Source: a phage
NCBI GenBank assembly: GCA_033648345.1
Contig: GCA_033648345.1_4121.1
Length of the DNA stretch: 64,000 bases
Strand: one strand, 5' to 3'
Position 1 is the first letter of the stretch; each line of letters opens with the position of its first letter. This document shows positions 51,341 to 59,316 of this stretch, one piece after another. The position numbers and the translations under genes were made by a program. The notes beneath the pieces are model-generated. The model made no database searches. It had not been told where the DNA came from and saw only the letters and a program-made list of their open reading frames with translations.

Positions 51341-51430
51341 AAAATAGTTTGACAATAGATTATAGTACTGTATAATAGTTTACATCAAGGGGAGAAAAAC
51401 TTCTCCCCACTAACAGAGAGAGAAAACAAA
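51341..51430 (+). promoter_or_regulatory. promoter + 5' stem-loop cassette (TTGACA class)
   Basis: Same promoter as 51067; hairpin GGGGAGAA-aaac-TTCTCCCC. Confidence 0.7.
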
Positions 51431-51643
51431 ATGGCTAATATCTGCACTGTACTGAAAAATGCAAAACAAGTTTTATTTTCTGATCACGATCATTTAAACA
51501 AGGATATTACGGGCGTTCGGAATATCAAAGATGTAAAAAGTGTTATGGGTATCTATTGCAATATGAAACGTGTCGGCACGTTCGGCGATAAAGTACTATA
51601 CCAGGCAGGGGATTATAACTTCACATTAACCATCATCAATTAA
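51431..51643 (+). CDS. hypothetical protein
   Basis: 70-aa ORF. Confidence 0.7.
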   Translation: MANICTVLKNAKQVLFSDHDHLNKDITGVRNIKDVKSVMGIYCNMKRVGTFGDKVLYQAGDYNFTLTIIN

Positions 51644-51733
51644 AATATATTACCAGTACTATTGACAACGTTTGATAGTACTGTATAATAAGTTTTATAA
51701 ACAGTAGTTAACTTAACCTAAGAGAGAAACAAA
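51644..51733 (+). promoter_or_regulatory. promoter class AGTACTATTGACA..AGTACTGTATAAT
   Basis: CCAGTACTATTGACAACGTTTGATAGTACTGTATAAT. Confidence 0.65.
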
Positions 51734-51877
51734 ATGATCGCACTGGATTCATTCATCGACGCAGTACTGGCAAAAACTGGCGAGGATCTGACCGCAGAAC
51801 AATACGCGATGATCGAGCAATGTCAGCAAAACGGTAAATCGGTGAAAGATACTGTTAAGATTATCCGCAAGATGTAA
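51734..51877 (+). CDS. hypothetical small protein (47 aa, not in track), paralogue of 47551
   Basis: MIALDSFIDAVLAKTGEDL...; GAGAGA RBS. Confidence 0.6.
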   Translation: MIALDSFIDAVLAKTGEDLTAEQYAMIEQCQQNGKSVKDTVKIIRKM

Positions 51878-51883
51878 TATTAT

Positions 51884-51912
51884 AGCCCACTGGTTAACGC
51901 TGGTGGGCTTTA
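51884..51912 (+). terminator. hairpin terminator containing a Chi octamer
   Basis: AGCCCAC-tggttaacgctg-GTGGGCT; GCTGGTGG at 51899-51906. Confidence 0.6.
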
Positions 51913-51982
51913 ATCATTTACCCTATACAATGCCAGTACTCAACCGTTTATCTCGTTAGAATGCGTTACAGGACGTTTGACA

Positions 51983-52180
51983 ATGATTAGCATGAAATCA
52001 GTACAAAAACAAATAGAAACATTATCAAAAATTAAACGTAAACAATACTCCTTAGAATATACAATCAATGGTAACTATCATCTAATGAAAGAAAATAATT
52101 TTATAGTCATTGATGAATCATTGCAAATTATTAGTATAGTACTGAAAGCATTAATCAATGACAGAAAAAAATTAAAATAA
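51983..52180 (+). CDS. hypothetical protein (start uncertain)
   Basis: AT-rich ORF; ATG 51983 or 51992; no clear RBS. Confidence 0.4.
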   Translation: MISMKSVQKQIETLSKIKRKQYSLEYTINGNYHLMKENNFIVIDESLQIISIVLKALINDRKKLK

Positions 52181-52183
52181 TTG

Positions 52184-52212
52184 TTGACATACAATGCCAG
52201 TACTGGCATAAT
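52184..52212 (+). promoter_or_regulatory. promoter of core element copy E
   Basis: TTGACA-N17-CATAAT with CCAGTACTGG in the spacer. Confidence 0.65.
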
Positions 52213-52237
52213 ACTTACATCAAGACGAGAACGTCAC

Positions 52238-52263
52238 TAACCCATAGGGTGCACAAATGTAAC
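52238..52263 (+). repeat. conserved core element copy E (candidate small RNA)
   Basis: GAC-gagaac-GTC hairpin then TAACCCATAGGGTGCACAAATGTAAC. Confidence 0.75.
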
Positions 52264-52274
52264 TATATAATATC

Positions 52275-52347
52275 GATCAATAAATGATCAAAAAAGTACT
52301 GGATCAATTTAGCATAAGGAGTATAATTCTGATCAATTCTTGATCAA
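52275..52347 (+). repeat. cluster of five GATCAA motifs
   Basis: GATCAA at 52275, 52286, 52302, 52331, 52342. Confidence 0.8.
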
Positions 52348-52407
52348 AGGCAATATACGCAGTTGAATTTATATAGACAGTACAAAGGCGTTACTATCCG
52401 TGGTAAT

Positions 52408-52415
52408 GCTGGTGG
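52408..52415 (+). other. Chi octamer
   Basis: GCTGGTGG. Confidence 0.9.
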
Positions 52416-52508
52416 ATATGTAGTATCATATGGTTTGAATAAGATTAGCACTAGTAGTATTATTGTAGCATTACAGTACTATAGTATTTTTATAATGAGG
52501 TTAAAATA

Positions 52509-52766
52509 ATGGCTGTTGGATTCGCGAAGGACGGGGCCGAGCAAGACGAGATTAACGCAGTGATTCAGGCCGCTGTAAACCACGCTAGAAAGCAAATTAA
52601 CGCACAAAGAGAATCACTGGTACATTGCCTCGACTGCGGCGATAAAATCCCTGAGAATCGACGCCAGGCCGTTATAGGGTGCATGTATTGTATTACTTGC
52701 CAGGAGGATCATGATAGTACTTTTAAAAGAGATCCGCGTAATTGTTGGCATAGATCTATGAGATAA
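52509..52766 (+). CDS. TraR/DksA-family C4 zinc-finger protein
   Basis: CLDCGDKIPENRRQAVIGCMYCITCQ matches the TraR/DksA C-x2-C-x17-C-x2-C pattern. Confidence 0.8.
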   Translation: MAVGFAKDGAEQDEINAVIQAAVNHARKQINAQRESLVHCLDCGDKIPENRRQAVIGCMYCITCQEDHDSTFKRDPRNCWHRSMR

Positions 52767-52830
52767 AAAGTAATTGACAGTACTGAAAGATAGTGTATAA
52801 TGTTTTATATCTTAACTGAGGATTGAAATC
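52767..52830 (+). promoter_or_regulatory. sigma70-like promoter
   Basis: TTGACAGTACTGAAAGATAGTGTATAAT; GAGGA RBS. Confidence 0.65.
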
Positions 52831-53187
52831 ATGGGTATTCAACACATCACGCGTACTACTGACAATGGCGAGATCACTGGTTATCAGGTACAGGGCAAAG
52901 TAGCACAATTGCAGTACTGGTTTGTTAAACGTGGAATCATTGCACCGGATCTTGATTATGACCGTGTAGCGTTTATTGATTCTCTTTATGTTGATCCTGA
53001 TAGTCGGGGCAATGGTGAAGGTAACGAATTAATGAATGCCTTTATTGATGCCGCCGATGATTCAGATTGTATCATCTTAGAATGCGATACGGGAGAAGAT
53101 AACGCCTTTAATCTTAAAGAATGGTACGAAGGCTTCGGATTCGAGGTATTGATAGATAGTGAATATCCTATCATGATTTTATCATAG
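52831..53187 (+). CDS. GNAT-family N-acetyltransferase (small)
   Basis: LYVDPDSRGNGEGNELMNAF (acetyl-CoA motif A-like R-G-x-G-x-G) and C-terminal YEGFGFE. Confidence 0.7.
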   Translation: MGIQHITRTTDNGEITGYQVQGKVAQLQYWFVKRGIIAPDLDYDRVAFIDSLYVDPDSRGNGEGNELMNAFIDAADDSDCIILECDTGEDNAFNLKEWYEGFGFEVLIDSEYPIMILS

Positions 53188-53266
53188 TACTTGCATTTAG
53201 TTTTCAGTACTGTTATAGTACTTGCATCAAGGGGAAACATCTTCCCCTACTAAGAGGAAATAAAAA
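53188..53266 (+). promoter_or_regulatory. promoter + 5' stem-loop cassette
   Basis: AGTACTTGCATTTAG..; hairpin AGGGGAA-acatc-TTCCCCT. Confidence 0.6.
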
Positions 53267-53455
53267 ATGGAAAACTTATCAAGTATTTTAGTACAAGATG
53301 ATTTCGGTAATCCTGGAAGTGCTATCATTGTTCGGGGCAATAAAGCAACGTTTGTTATTGCTGGTGGACCCGTACAGCGTAGCATTAAAAATAATGCTGT
53401 TACCATTAATAATGTACGCTATCGCTTAGATAAAGAATTAATTCATAAACTGTAA
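53267..53455 (+). CDS. hypothetical protein
   Basis: 62-aa ORF; contains Chi at 53360. Confidence 0.7.
   Translation: MENLSSILVQDDFGNPGSAIIVRGNKATFVIAGGPVQRSIKNNAVTINNVRYRLDKELIHKL
53360..53367 (+). other. Chi octamer (in coding sequence)
   Basis: GCTGGTGG. Confidence 0.9.
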
Positions 53456-53482
53456 TATTAATTTAATAGAGGATAACAATAA

Positions 53483-53806
53483 ATGTACATTCATACTACT
53501 ATCACAAAGGAAGTCCGTTGCCAGTTCGAAAGTATTCCGGGCGTATGTTTCATCACTGGTACGTTTTCCCCTGGTGATCGTGATAATCCAGTACTGTTAC
53601 AATTACGCCATCCATCATGGGATAAAGCATTTGATCTACCGTTGAATGAATTCGCAACTACTGCTGAAAAGTACATTAAAAATATTCGCGAGAATGATCG
53701 ACTATTCATTAATGCTTTTAGTGATTCCGCGTTAAGCGAGATCCACGGCGTATTGGTTGCAATCATGGAATCAATGCAGAAAACTAAATTCAAACAAGGT
53801 GAATAA
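53483..53806 (+). CDS. hypothetical protein
   Basis: 107-aa ORF, GAGGA RBS; the antisense 136-aa ORF in the track looks spurious. Confidence 0.7.
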   Translation: MYIHTTITKEVRCQFESIPGVCFITGTFSPGDRDNPVLLQLRHPSWDKAFDLPLNEFATTAEKYIKNIRENDRLFINAFSDSALSEIHGVLVAIMESMQKTKFKQGE

Positions 53807-53889
53807 AAACTATTGACAATGCAATCCAGTACTGTATAATAGTTTACATGAAGGGGAGAAATGATTCTCCCCACTAAGAGGAAAGAAAA
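53807..53889 (+). promoter_or_regulatory. promoter + 5' stem-loop cassette (TTGACA class)
   Basis: TTGACAATGCAATCCAGTACTGTATAAT; hairpin GGGGAGAA-atga-TTCTCCCC. Confidence 0.7.
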
Positions 53890-54102
53890 ATGCAAGGTCA
53901 ACTAATCGTTCGTAAATGGTCTGATACTAACGAAAAACCGTGGGATGTACAATACATCGCCCCAAATGGTGAATCCAGATATCAACCAGGTGTAACGCAT
54001 AGTACTGAGCAATTCGCCGCCGCTCATCGCGAACGTCTGTTACAATCAATGCAGCAAGGTTCCGGTGAAAAATTCATTCAGGATCATTGGCTGAAAGATT
54101 AA
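53890..54102 (+). CDS. hypothetical protein
   Basis: 70-aa ORF. Confidence 0.7.
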   Translation: MQGQLIVRKWSDTNEKPWDVQYIAPNGESRYQPGVTHSTEQFAAAHRERLLQSMQQGSGEKFIQDHWLKD

Positions 54103-54188
54103 AAAGTACTTGCACTGTACTGAATAAAGTGTATAATGTTTTATATCGGAAGGGGAATAGTTCCCCTCCGAACAAAGAGGAAAGTATA
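54103..54188 (+). promoter_or_regulatory. promoter + 5' stem-loop cassette
   Basis: AGTACTTGCAC..TATAAT; hairpin GGAAGGGGAA-tag-TTCCCCTCC. Confidence 0.7.
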
Positions 54189-54362
54189 ATGGTCCAGGTA
54201 GAATTAACAGTACTGAAAGATCTGTTTTATCGGATTGGTACTACTGGCGAATATCCGAAGGGTGATAATGCAAAACTTTACGTATCACTCGACTTATGGC
54301 AACGCGAACAATTAGCAACGGCCTGGCGTAAAGGCAAAGCAGATCGAGAGGTGAAAGCATGA
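54189..54362 (+). CDS. hypothetical small protein (57 aa)
   Basis: ATG 54189 (MVQVELTVL) after GAGGAA. Confidence 0.6.
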   Translation: MVQVELTVLKDLFYRIGTTGEYPKGDNAKLYVSLDLWQREQLATAWRKGKADREVKA

Positions 54363-54508
54363 AAGAATTCTTATTTGAAGTAGTGTTTCAAGGTGTCGGC
54401 AATAACCAACTGATTCGATCAAGTGGTTATAATGTTAACCAGGCATGGAATAACATTAAACAAATGTACCCGAACGCTATCACATATCGCAACCCGAAAG
54501 AAGTTTAA
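54359..54508 (+). CDS. hypothetical small protein (49 aa, not in track)
   Basis: ATGA overlap; MKEFLFEVVFQGVGNNQ... Confidence 0.5.
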   Translation: MKEFLFEVVFQGVGNNQLIRSSGYNVNQAWNNIKQMYPNAITYRNPKEV

Positions 54509-54522
54509 AAATAATTGAAAAA

Positions 54523-54555
54523 GGGATTGACTCCGGTCAGTCCCTTTGCTATTAT
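54523..54555 (+). promoter_or_regulatory. UCCG hairpin terminator with embedded -35 and downstream -10
   Basis: GGGATTGAC-TCCG-GTCAGTCCC; TATTAT 54550-54555. Confidence 0.7.
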
Positions 54556-54573
54556 ATACGCATAGAAACAAAT

Positions 54574-54599
54574 TAGCCCACCGGGTGCATAAATGTATC
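54574..54599 (+). repeat. conserved core element copy B
   Basis: TAGCCCACCGGGTGCATAAATGTATC followed by Chi GCTGGTGG at 54608. Confidence 0.75.
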
Positions 54600-54607
54600 T
54601 ATTGTTT

Positions 54608-54615
54608 GCTGGTGG
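54608..54615 (+). other. Chi octamer (intergenic)
   Basis: GCTGGTGG 9 nt after core element B. Confidence 0.9.
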
Positions 54616-54688
54616 CTAGTACTATCAAGTACTGAAAACTATTTTTAAAAAGTACTTGCAAAGTATCACGATAAGCGTATAATGTTTT

Positions 54689-54763
54689 ACATCAGGACGG
54701 GGAACGAAACAAGTAACCCCGTTAAGTAGTCCAGGAGTAAGACATACGAAAAACTCCCCTGAT
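54689..54763 (+). ncRNA. candidate structured leader / small RNA, copy 2
   Basis: Near-identical to copy 1 with a few substitutions and a 1-nt deletion that keeps ACGGGG..CCCCGT paired. Confidence 0.45.
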
Positions 54764-54832
54764 AAAATAGTTTGACAATAGAAAGTAAACGAGTATAATA
54801 CTTACATCAACCACTGATAAGGAAACATTAAA
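54764..54832 (+). promoter_or_regulatory. proximal promoter, leader CATCAACCACTGA
   Basis: TAGTTTGACAATAG..GAGTATAATACTTACATCAACCACTGATAAGGAAA. Confidence 0.6.
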
Positions 54833-55108
54833 ATGCGGATTCTACTGACAGCTAACGAAATCGAACAAGTACTGACTACTAACCTGGAAGACTGGAAACG
54901 TGAAGCAGATATCCAGGCGGTTCAATGGCTTAACGATAAGTTAACGCCGGATGACTTAAGCAAGATTGTAGATCCTCAATTCTACGAAGATATTCACGAC
55001 ACCGCGTTAAGCGTCGAGGATGTACTTGATAAGCACTACATTGATACTGATTTACATGTTTACGGTCGTAAAAACTTTATCACTATTCACGACATTTACA
55101 ATACTTAA
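54833..55108 (+). CDS. hypothetical protein
   Basis: 91-aa ORF. Confidence 0.75.
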   Translation: MRILLTANEIEQVLTTNLEDWKREADIQAVQWLNDKLTPDDLSKIVDPQFYEDIHDTALSVEDVLDKHYIDTDLHVYGRKNFITIHDIYNT

Positions 55109-55196
55109 GTATTGACAAAGTATCTTAGTACTGTATAATAGTTTACATCAAGTGAGGGGAAACGGTTCCCCTCCTAACAAAGAGAGAGAAATAAAA
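55109..55196 (+). promoter_or_regulatory. promoter + 5' stem-loop cassette (copy 1 of near-exact repeat)
   Basis: TTGACAAAGTATCTTAGTACTGTATAAT; hairpin GAGGGGAA-acgg-TTCCCCTC. Confidence 0.75.
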
Positions 55197-55379
55197 ATGG
55201 CTAAGTGCACTATCTGCAAGAAAGAAATAGTATTAGTTCCAAGTGCCCGTGAACGTGCCGCTCGGTTTGGTGGCAAAGCGTCAGACTATACAAAAATGTT
55301 TACTGCCCATACAGCTTGCCAGGTAGCAAAACGTTCACAAGAAAGCGTAGAATTAATGCGTAAACTTTCCAAAAAATAA
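55197..55379 (+). CDS. small zinc-ribbon-like protein
   Basis: MAKCTICKKE...HTACQ; ATG 55197. Confidence 0.65.
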   Translation: MAKCTICKKEIVLVPSARERAARFGGKASDYTKMFTAHTACQVAKRSQESVELMRKLSKK

Positions 55380-55465
55380 GTATTGACAAAGTATCTTAGT
55401 ACTGTATAATAGTTTACATCAAGTGAGGGGAAACGGTTCCCCTCCTAACAGAGAGAGAAATAAAA
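55380..55465 (+). promoter_or_regulatory. promoter + 5' stem-loop cassette (copy 2 of near-exact repeat)
   Basis: Differs from 55109-55196 by about one base by eye. Confidence 0.75.
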
Positions 55466-55789
55466 ATGGCTATGATCCTTACCCAGAAAGTGGAATTGAA
55501 AATTGTAACCTCCTTTGACATTAAAGTTAATCGGTGGACTGATTCACACGGCAATACTTACCACTCTTGCTACGTGTCTGCGTTAATTGGCGACCGCTGG
55601 GAAGACCTGGGACACGAAACCTTTACATACGGTTACGGTACGCAAGGCGAATACACTGGTTTGGAGATCATTAAAGAAACCGTTATAGGTTTCAACCCGA
55701 AAGAAAAAGTTATTCACCGCATCGAAAAAGAGATTAACAAAGAAATAACAGTTCGCTACTACGATGTAAAACGTAAGAAAGACATGTAA
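55466..55789 (+). CDS. hypothetical protein, paralogue of 48606
   Basis: NRWTDSHGNTYHSCYV..YGYG..YYDVKRKKDM. Confidence 0.75.
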   Translation: MAMILTQKVELKIVTSFDIKVNRWTDSHGNTYHSCYVSALIGDRWEDLGHETFTYGYGTQGEYTGLEIIKETVIGFNPKEKVIHRIEKEINKEITVRYYDVKRKKDM

Positions 55790-55884
55790 TAGAATCCATT
55801 TAAAGTACTATTTGACATTGCCCAGATAGTACTTTATAATAGACTCTAACTTGTAGTACTAACTCAACTAATAGGATGTATACC
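55790..55884 (+). promoter_or_regulatory. promoter (AGTACT-flanked, TTATAAT type)
   Basis: AAGTACTATTTGACATTGCCCAGATAGTACTTTATAAT. Confidence 0.55.
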
Positions 55885-56280
55885 ATGATTACTAAATTCT
55901 ACGCTACCCGTGAAGCTGCCCGTATTGTTGCACGCGAGGAAGGAGCAGCATTTAAAGACATGGGAACGACAGCACCGAAAGGTCAACGCTGGGCCGTACA
56001 GTTCAAAGAAATCTCTGATATTGTGAATTCACCTGAGCCAGTACTGACAGCAGCAGAACTAAAACGAGCGGATATGCTGGCGGCAATACTTGACGCACAA
56101 GATGAGTTTATCGCTGATTCTGATATCAAAGTACAGGTAAACCACACCGCATGGACTCACGCGGATCACCTGGCAAACCTTAAGCGTCCAAGTGAACTGA
56201 TTCGCAACCAGAAAGAGATCCGACATGATCGTAAGGGTAATCGTGTAACAGTATACAGTAAACGCCGCCAGGTTATCTAA
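55885..56280 (+). CDS. hypothetical protein, paralogue of 42862
   Basis: ATG 55885 (MITKFYATREAARIVAREEGAAFKDMG). Confidence 0.7.
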   Translation: MITKFYATREAARIVAREEGAAFKDMGTTAPKGQRWAVQFKEISDIVNSPEPVLTAAELKRADMLAAILDAQDEFIADSDIKVQVNHTAWTHADHLANLKRPSELIRNQKEIRHDRKGNRVTVYSKRRQVI

Positions 56281-56302
56281 TAACTTGCAGTACTAACAAC
56301 AC

Positions 56303-56327
56303 GGCGGGATCAGTTCCCGCCTTTTTT
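56303..56327 (+). terminator. intrinsic terminator
   Basis: GGCGGGA-tcagt-TCCCGCC + T6. Confidence 0.8.
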
Positions 56328-56341
56328 ATAGGACAAACAAA

Positions 56342-56596
56342 ATGATTAAGGTTCAACTATATAAAGATAACATCTTACGGGTACACTATAAAGCACCGAA
56401 GAGAATCATCACAAAGGCCGTACAGCTTGCTAATGAGTTTATTAATGGTAACCTATTACCGAGGAAGTTAAGCAACGGGAAACTGCGTGTAATCGACGTG
56501 GACACTAACAACAGGATAGTAATCGAGAACACAGGAAAGATAAACCTTTATGAGCATCAACAATACAATAAGAAAATAAAACTAATATCACGTTGA
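56342..56596 (+). CDS. hypothetical protein
   Basis: 84-aa ORF. Confidence 0.65.
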   Translation: MIKVQLYKDNILRVHYKAPKRIITKAVQLANEFINGNLLPRKLSNGKLRVIDVDTNNRIVIENTGKINLYEHQQYNKKIKLISR

Positions 56597-56649
56597 CAGT
56601 ACTCAATTGTTTTAGTATTATGTACACATACCAACACGGGAGAAACAAA
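56590..56649 (+). promoter_or_regulatory. promoter TTGACAGTACTCAA..TATTAT (duplicated at 56869)
   Basis: TTGACAGTACTCAATTGTTTTAGTATTATGTACACATACCAACACGGGAGAAACAAAATG. Confidence 0.6.
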
Positions 56650-56868
56650 ATGAAATTATCTAAAATCGAAAAGAAAACTATTGATGAAGCAGTTAAGCAC
56701 GGTTATACCTTTCGTAATGATTCACATTTTACCAATTATCAACAAGGGTATCGTACTATTAAAAAACTTATTGACAAAGGTTTATTAGTTGAAGTCAATA
56801 ACGGCAATGGCATTGAGTATCAACCAACACAGGACGCATTTTATTTTAAGAAATATAATATTATCTAA
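56650..56868 (+). CDS. hypothetical protein
   Basis: ATG 56650 (MKLSKIEKK) after GGGAGA. Confidence 0.65.
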   Translation: MKLSKIEKKTIDEAVKHGYTFRNDSHFTNYQQGYRTIKKLIDKGLLVEVNNGNGIEYQPTQDAFYFKKYNII

Positions 56869-56926
56869 TTGACAGTACTCAAATGTTTTAGTACTATATG
56901 TACATACCAACACGGGGGAAAACAAA
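56869..56926 (+). promoter_or_regulatory. promoter TTGACAGTACTCAA..TACTAT (duplicate of 56590)
   Basis: TTGACAGTACTCAAATGTTTTAGTACTATATGTACATACCAACACGGGGGAAAACAAAATG. Confidence 0.6.
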
Positions 56927-57169
56927 ATGATTACTTTAGAAAAACGTATCAAAGAAACTACATCGCTGGTGGAATTGTTAACAGTACTCAAATGTAAAAC
57001 AACACCATTCAGCACGCCGGACTTTATTAATATGGTTGATGTTAACGGTCGTTATCGCATTGCAGTAGAACATGGAACAGCGAAAGTATTCAGTACTAAA
57101 AACACTAAGGAAGTGATTCACGCGGTTAGTGTGAAAAAAGTGGTTGCCATTGATAGTAAAGTACTGTAA
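56927..57169 (+). CDS. hypothetical protein
   Basis: 80-aa ORF. Confidence 0.65.
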   Translation: MITLEKRIKETTSLVELLTVLKCKTTPFSTPDFINMVDVNGRYRIAVEHGTAKVFSTKNTKEVIHAVSVKKVVAIDSKVL

Positions 57170-57200
57170 TATAGTTTCATTAACTCAAGGAGTAAATGCA

Positions 57201-57785
57201 ATGCGTAATTATACTAAATTCATCCGTACACTGTCAGAAATGGAAACCAACAAAGAGATCCTTTCAGCTTGTCGGTTAGCTGGCCTGGAGATCATCGGTG
57301 CTGGTTCTTCCCGTATAGTATTCGCTTTAAATGATCGGTTAGTGATTAAGGTCGCGAATTGTGATGCGGGTGTAGAACAAAATGAAACTGAATGTAAGGT
57401 ATGGAATTTTTTAGACTATGACCGCCCTCAGTTGAAACAGTACTTTGCAAAGGTGCATATGCATTTATGCGATCCTGATAATATGTTTATCGTTATGGAT
57501 CGGTTGAGTACTGCAAGCAAAGGCAGTGTGAAGCACGTTAACGCGTGCAATGAATTAAAGTACAATATTAAACGTAATGCAATCGAACGCCAGCACCGCT
57601 TTGCTGATGCACTACAACACGTTGATGATACATTATCAACACTAACGATAAGAGATATCAGAAAACAGAATATCGGCCAGGATCGTAATGGCCTTATTAA
57701 AGTACTTGATTACGGTTTAACCAGCAATATCTGGAATCAGTACTATAAAAAGCGTGATGTGGCAGCAAGTAAAGTAACACGATAA
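57201..57785 (+). CDS. minimal protein-kinase-like protein
   Basis: IGAGSSRIVF (Gly loop), VIKVA (beta3 Lys), RDIRKQNIG (catalytic loop), KVLDYG (DFG-like); AAGGAG RBS; 194 aa. Confidence 0.6.
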   Translation: MRNYTKFIRTLSEMETNKEILSACRLAGLEIIGAGSSRIVFALNDRLVIKVANCDAGVEQNETECKVWNFLDYDRPQLKQYFAKVHMHLCDPDNMFIVMDRLSTASKGSVKHVNACNELKYNIKRNAIERQHRFADALQHVDDTLSTLTIRDIRKQNIGQDRNGLIKVLDYGLTSNIWNQYYKKRDVAASKVTR

Positions 57786-57800
57786 AAAAAGATTAAAAAA

Positions 57801-57833
57801 GGGATTGACTCCGGTCAGTCCCTTTGCTATTAT
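57801..57833 (+). promoter_or_regulatory. UCCG hairpin terminator with embedded -35 and downstream -10
   Basis: GGGATTGAC-TCCG-GTCAGTCCC; TATTAT 57828-57833. Confidence 0.7.
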
Positions 57834-57856
57834 ATATTCATTGAGAGATAACTCAC

Positions 57857-57882
57857 TGACCCATAGGGTGCGGAAGTGTATC
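57857..57882 (+). repeat. conserved core element copy C
   Basis: GAG-agataa-CTC hairpin then TGACCCATAGGGTGCGGAAGTGTATC. Confidence 0.75.
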
Positions 57883-57914
57883 TATTATATAAGCATTCAG
57901 TACTGAAAACTATT

Positions 57915-58008
57915 TTAAAAAAGTACTTGCATTGTACTTAGAATCAAGTATAATGTTTTATATCGAGAGGGGGAAATGGTTCTCCCTGGTACATTAAGGA
58001 ATAAAATC
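57915..58008 (+). promoter_or_regulatory. promoter + 5' stem-loop cassette
   Basis: AGTACTTGCATTG..TATAAT; hairpin AGGGGGAA-atgg-TTCTCCCT. Confidence 0.7.
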
Positions 58009-58416
58009 ATGACTACTACTAATCAAGCTCGGTCCATCGCCAACGATAAAAATCATGCTGCAATGGTCGCTGGTTACATTGAAGCTATGCAATTCAGTAC
58101 TGTACACAATGAGAACGGCGAATACCTGGAAGATTATGAATTATCAGAGCAAGCCCATCAAGCGGCAGTGATTGCATGTTCACGTTTCCTTGCTGTACAT
58201 GGTGAAGATATGGAAACAGTACAAAAACACCATAATCCTGATTATACTTATAGTCATGCAGGTCATGATCTCTTTCTTACTCGCGAAGGTCACGGCACTG
58301 GTTTTTGGGATCGTGATATCGGTCACTATGATGATATATTCACTAAGTACTGCGAAGAAATCAACGTTTGCGATCCCTATGTAGGCGATGATAATCTAAT
58401 CTATATGGGCGAATAA
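58009..58416 (+). CDS. hypothetical protein
   Basis: ATG 58009 (MTTTNQ); AGHDLFLTREGHGTGFWDRD motif, function not recognised. Confidence 0.75.
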   Translation: MTTTNQARSIANDKNHAAMVAGYIEAMQFSTVHNENGEYLEDYELSEQAHQAAVIACSRFLAVHGEDMETVQKHHNPDYTYSHAGHDLFLTREGHGTGFWDRDIGHYDDIFTKYCEEINVCDPYVGDDNLIYMGE

Positions 58417-58504
58417 AAGTATTTGACAAAGTATATCAGTACTGTATAATAGTTTACATCAAGGGGAGAATAGTTCTCCCCCACCAATAAAAGGAAACAA
58501 AATT
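58417..58504 (+). promoter_or_regulatory. promoter + 5' stem-loop cassette (TTGACA class)
   Basis: TTTGACAAAGTATATCAGTACTGTATAAT; hairpin GGGGAGAA-tag-TTCTCCCC. Confidence 0.7.
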
Positions 58505-58777
58505 ATGTCCAGCTACTCCGCTACTATGATCATTAAAGATATGAACGGTAATCCTACTTCTGCTGGTGGATCATTTGGAAACATTAATTTAGATGGTCGG
58601 TTATCCATGCAATCAGCCATCGATGCAGCGAAAGAAGTTTTTAAGAATGAATGTACTGTAAGTAAGCTGGATTATATGGGATTCGCTATCGAAAAAACTA
58701 ATCGTTTTGTGAACTACAAAAATCCACTGATGATCGATACTAACCTGAAAGCAAACGAAGTGGGGTACTTATTATGA
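58505..58777 (+). CDS. hypothetical protein
   Basis: 90-aa ORF; Chi at 58562. Confidence 0.7.
   Translation: MSSYSATMIIKDMNGNPTSAGGSFGNINLDGRLSMQSAIDAAKEVFKNECTVSKLDYMGFAIEKTNRFVNYKNPLMIDTNLKANEVGYLL
58562..58569 (+). other. Chi octamer (in coding sequence)
   Basis: GCTGGTGG. Confidence 0.9.
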
Positions 58778-58965
58778 CAGTTGAAGAAGTTAAAAAAGTA
58801 CTGGCAGTACTACGCTATCATAATCATTGCAAGGTGAAGAATGATCCTGATTATCTCGATTCATCCCTGGAAGAGGATACACTACAAGCAATAAGCCATA
58901 TGCAAAAAATGCTTAAGCGTATGACCGAAAAGAATAGGCCGGACTATATCGGAAATAAAATTTAA
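58774..58965 (+). CDS. hypothetical protein
   Basis: 63-aa ORF, ATGA overlap. Confidence 0.65.
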   Translation: MTVEEVKKVLAVLRYHNHCKVKNDPDYLDSSLEEDTLQAISHMQKMLKRMTEKNRPDYIGNKI

Positions 58966-59052
58966 AAAGTACTTGCATTGTAGTTAGATTAACGTATAAT
59001 GTTTTATATCGAGAGGGGGAAATGGTTTCCCCTCAAGTCCAGGAGATACACC
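58966..59052 (+). promoter_or_regulatory. promoter + 5' stem-loop cassette
   Basis: AGTACTTGCATTG..TATAAT; hairpin GAGGGGGAAA-tgg-TTTCCCCTC. Confidence 0.7.
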
Positions 59053-59316
59053 ATGAACACTATCGAAATCACTATCAATGCACACGTATACGACAACGTA
59101 GTACTGCAAACTACTATGACCGCTAATGATACCAGTACTTTGCGGAATACTGTTATTAGTGCCGTATGTGCTGCAATCGGTGATGTATCCCTGGAAAATG
59201 CAGAACATATCAACAACGGTTTCACTATGTGCAAGCGTGATAACGCAAAACATATCATCGTGGAAGGTTACGGCGGTGTAGAATTTAATGTTTATATGAA
59301 AAAAGTACTTGCATAA
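59053..59316 (+). CDS. hypothetical protein
   Basis: ATG 59053 (MNTIEITINA) after AGGAGA. Confidence 0.7.
   Translation: MNTIEITINAHVYDNVVLQTTMTANDTSTLRNTVISAVCAAIGDVSLENAEHINNGFTMCKRDNAKHIIVEGYGGVEFNVYMKKVLA

Noticed and set aside
41810-51965. GTTAGAATGCG word (41810, 47423, 51955, inverted at about 47360) as an independent regulatory motif
   Set aside because: It closely resembles the GCGTATAATG / GCGTAGAATG -10 context of the standard cassettes, so the copies may just be degenerate promoter remnants. It is mentioned only within the finding on the 47343-47412 element.
52355-52508. Possible 49-codon ORF with a TTG start ((M)NLYRQYKGVTIRGNAGGYVVSYGLNK...) upstream of the TraR-like gene
   Set aside because: It has no ATG start and a weak RBS, so I cannot support it from sequence alone. 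It contains one of the Chi octamers, which is why I looked.
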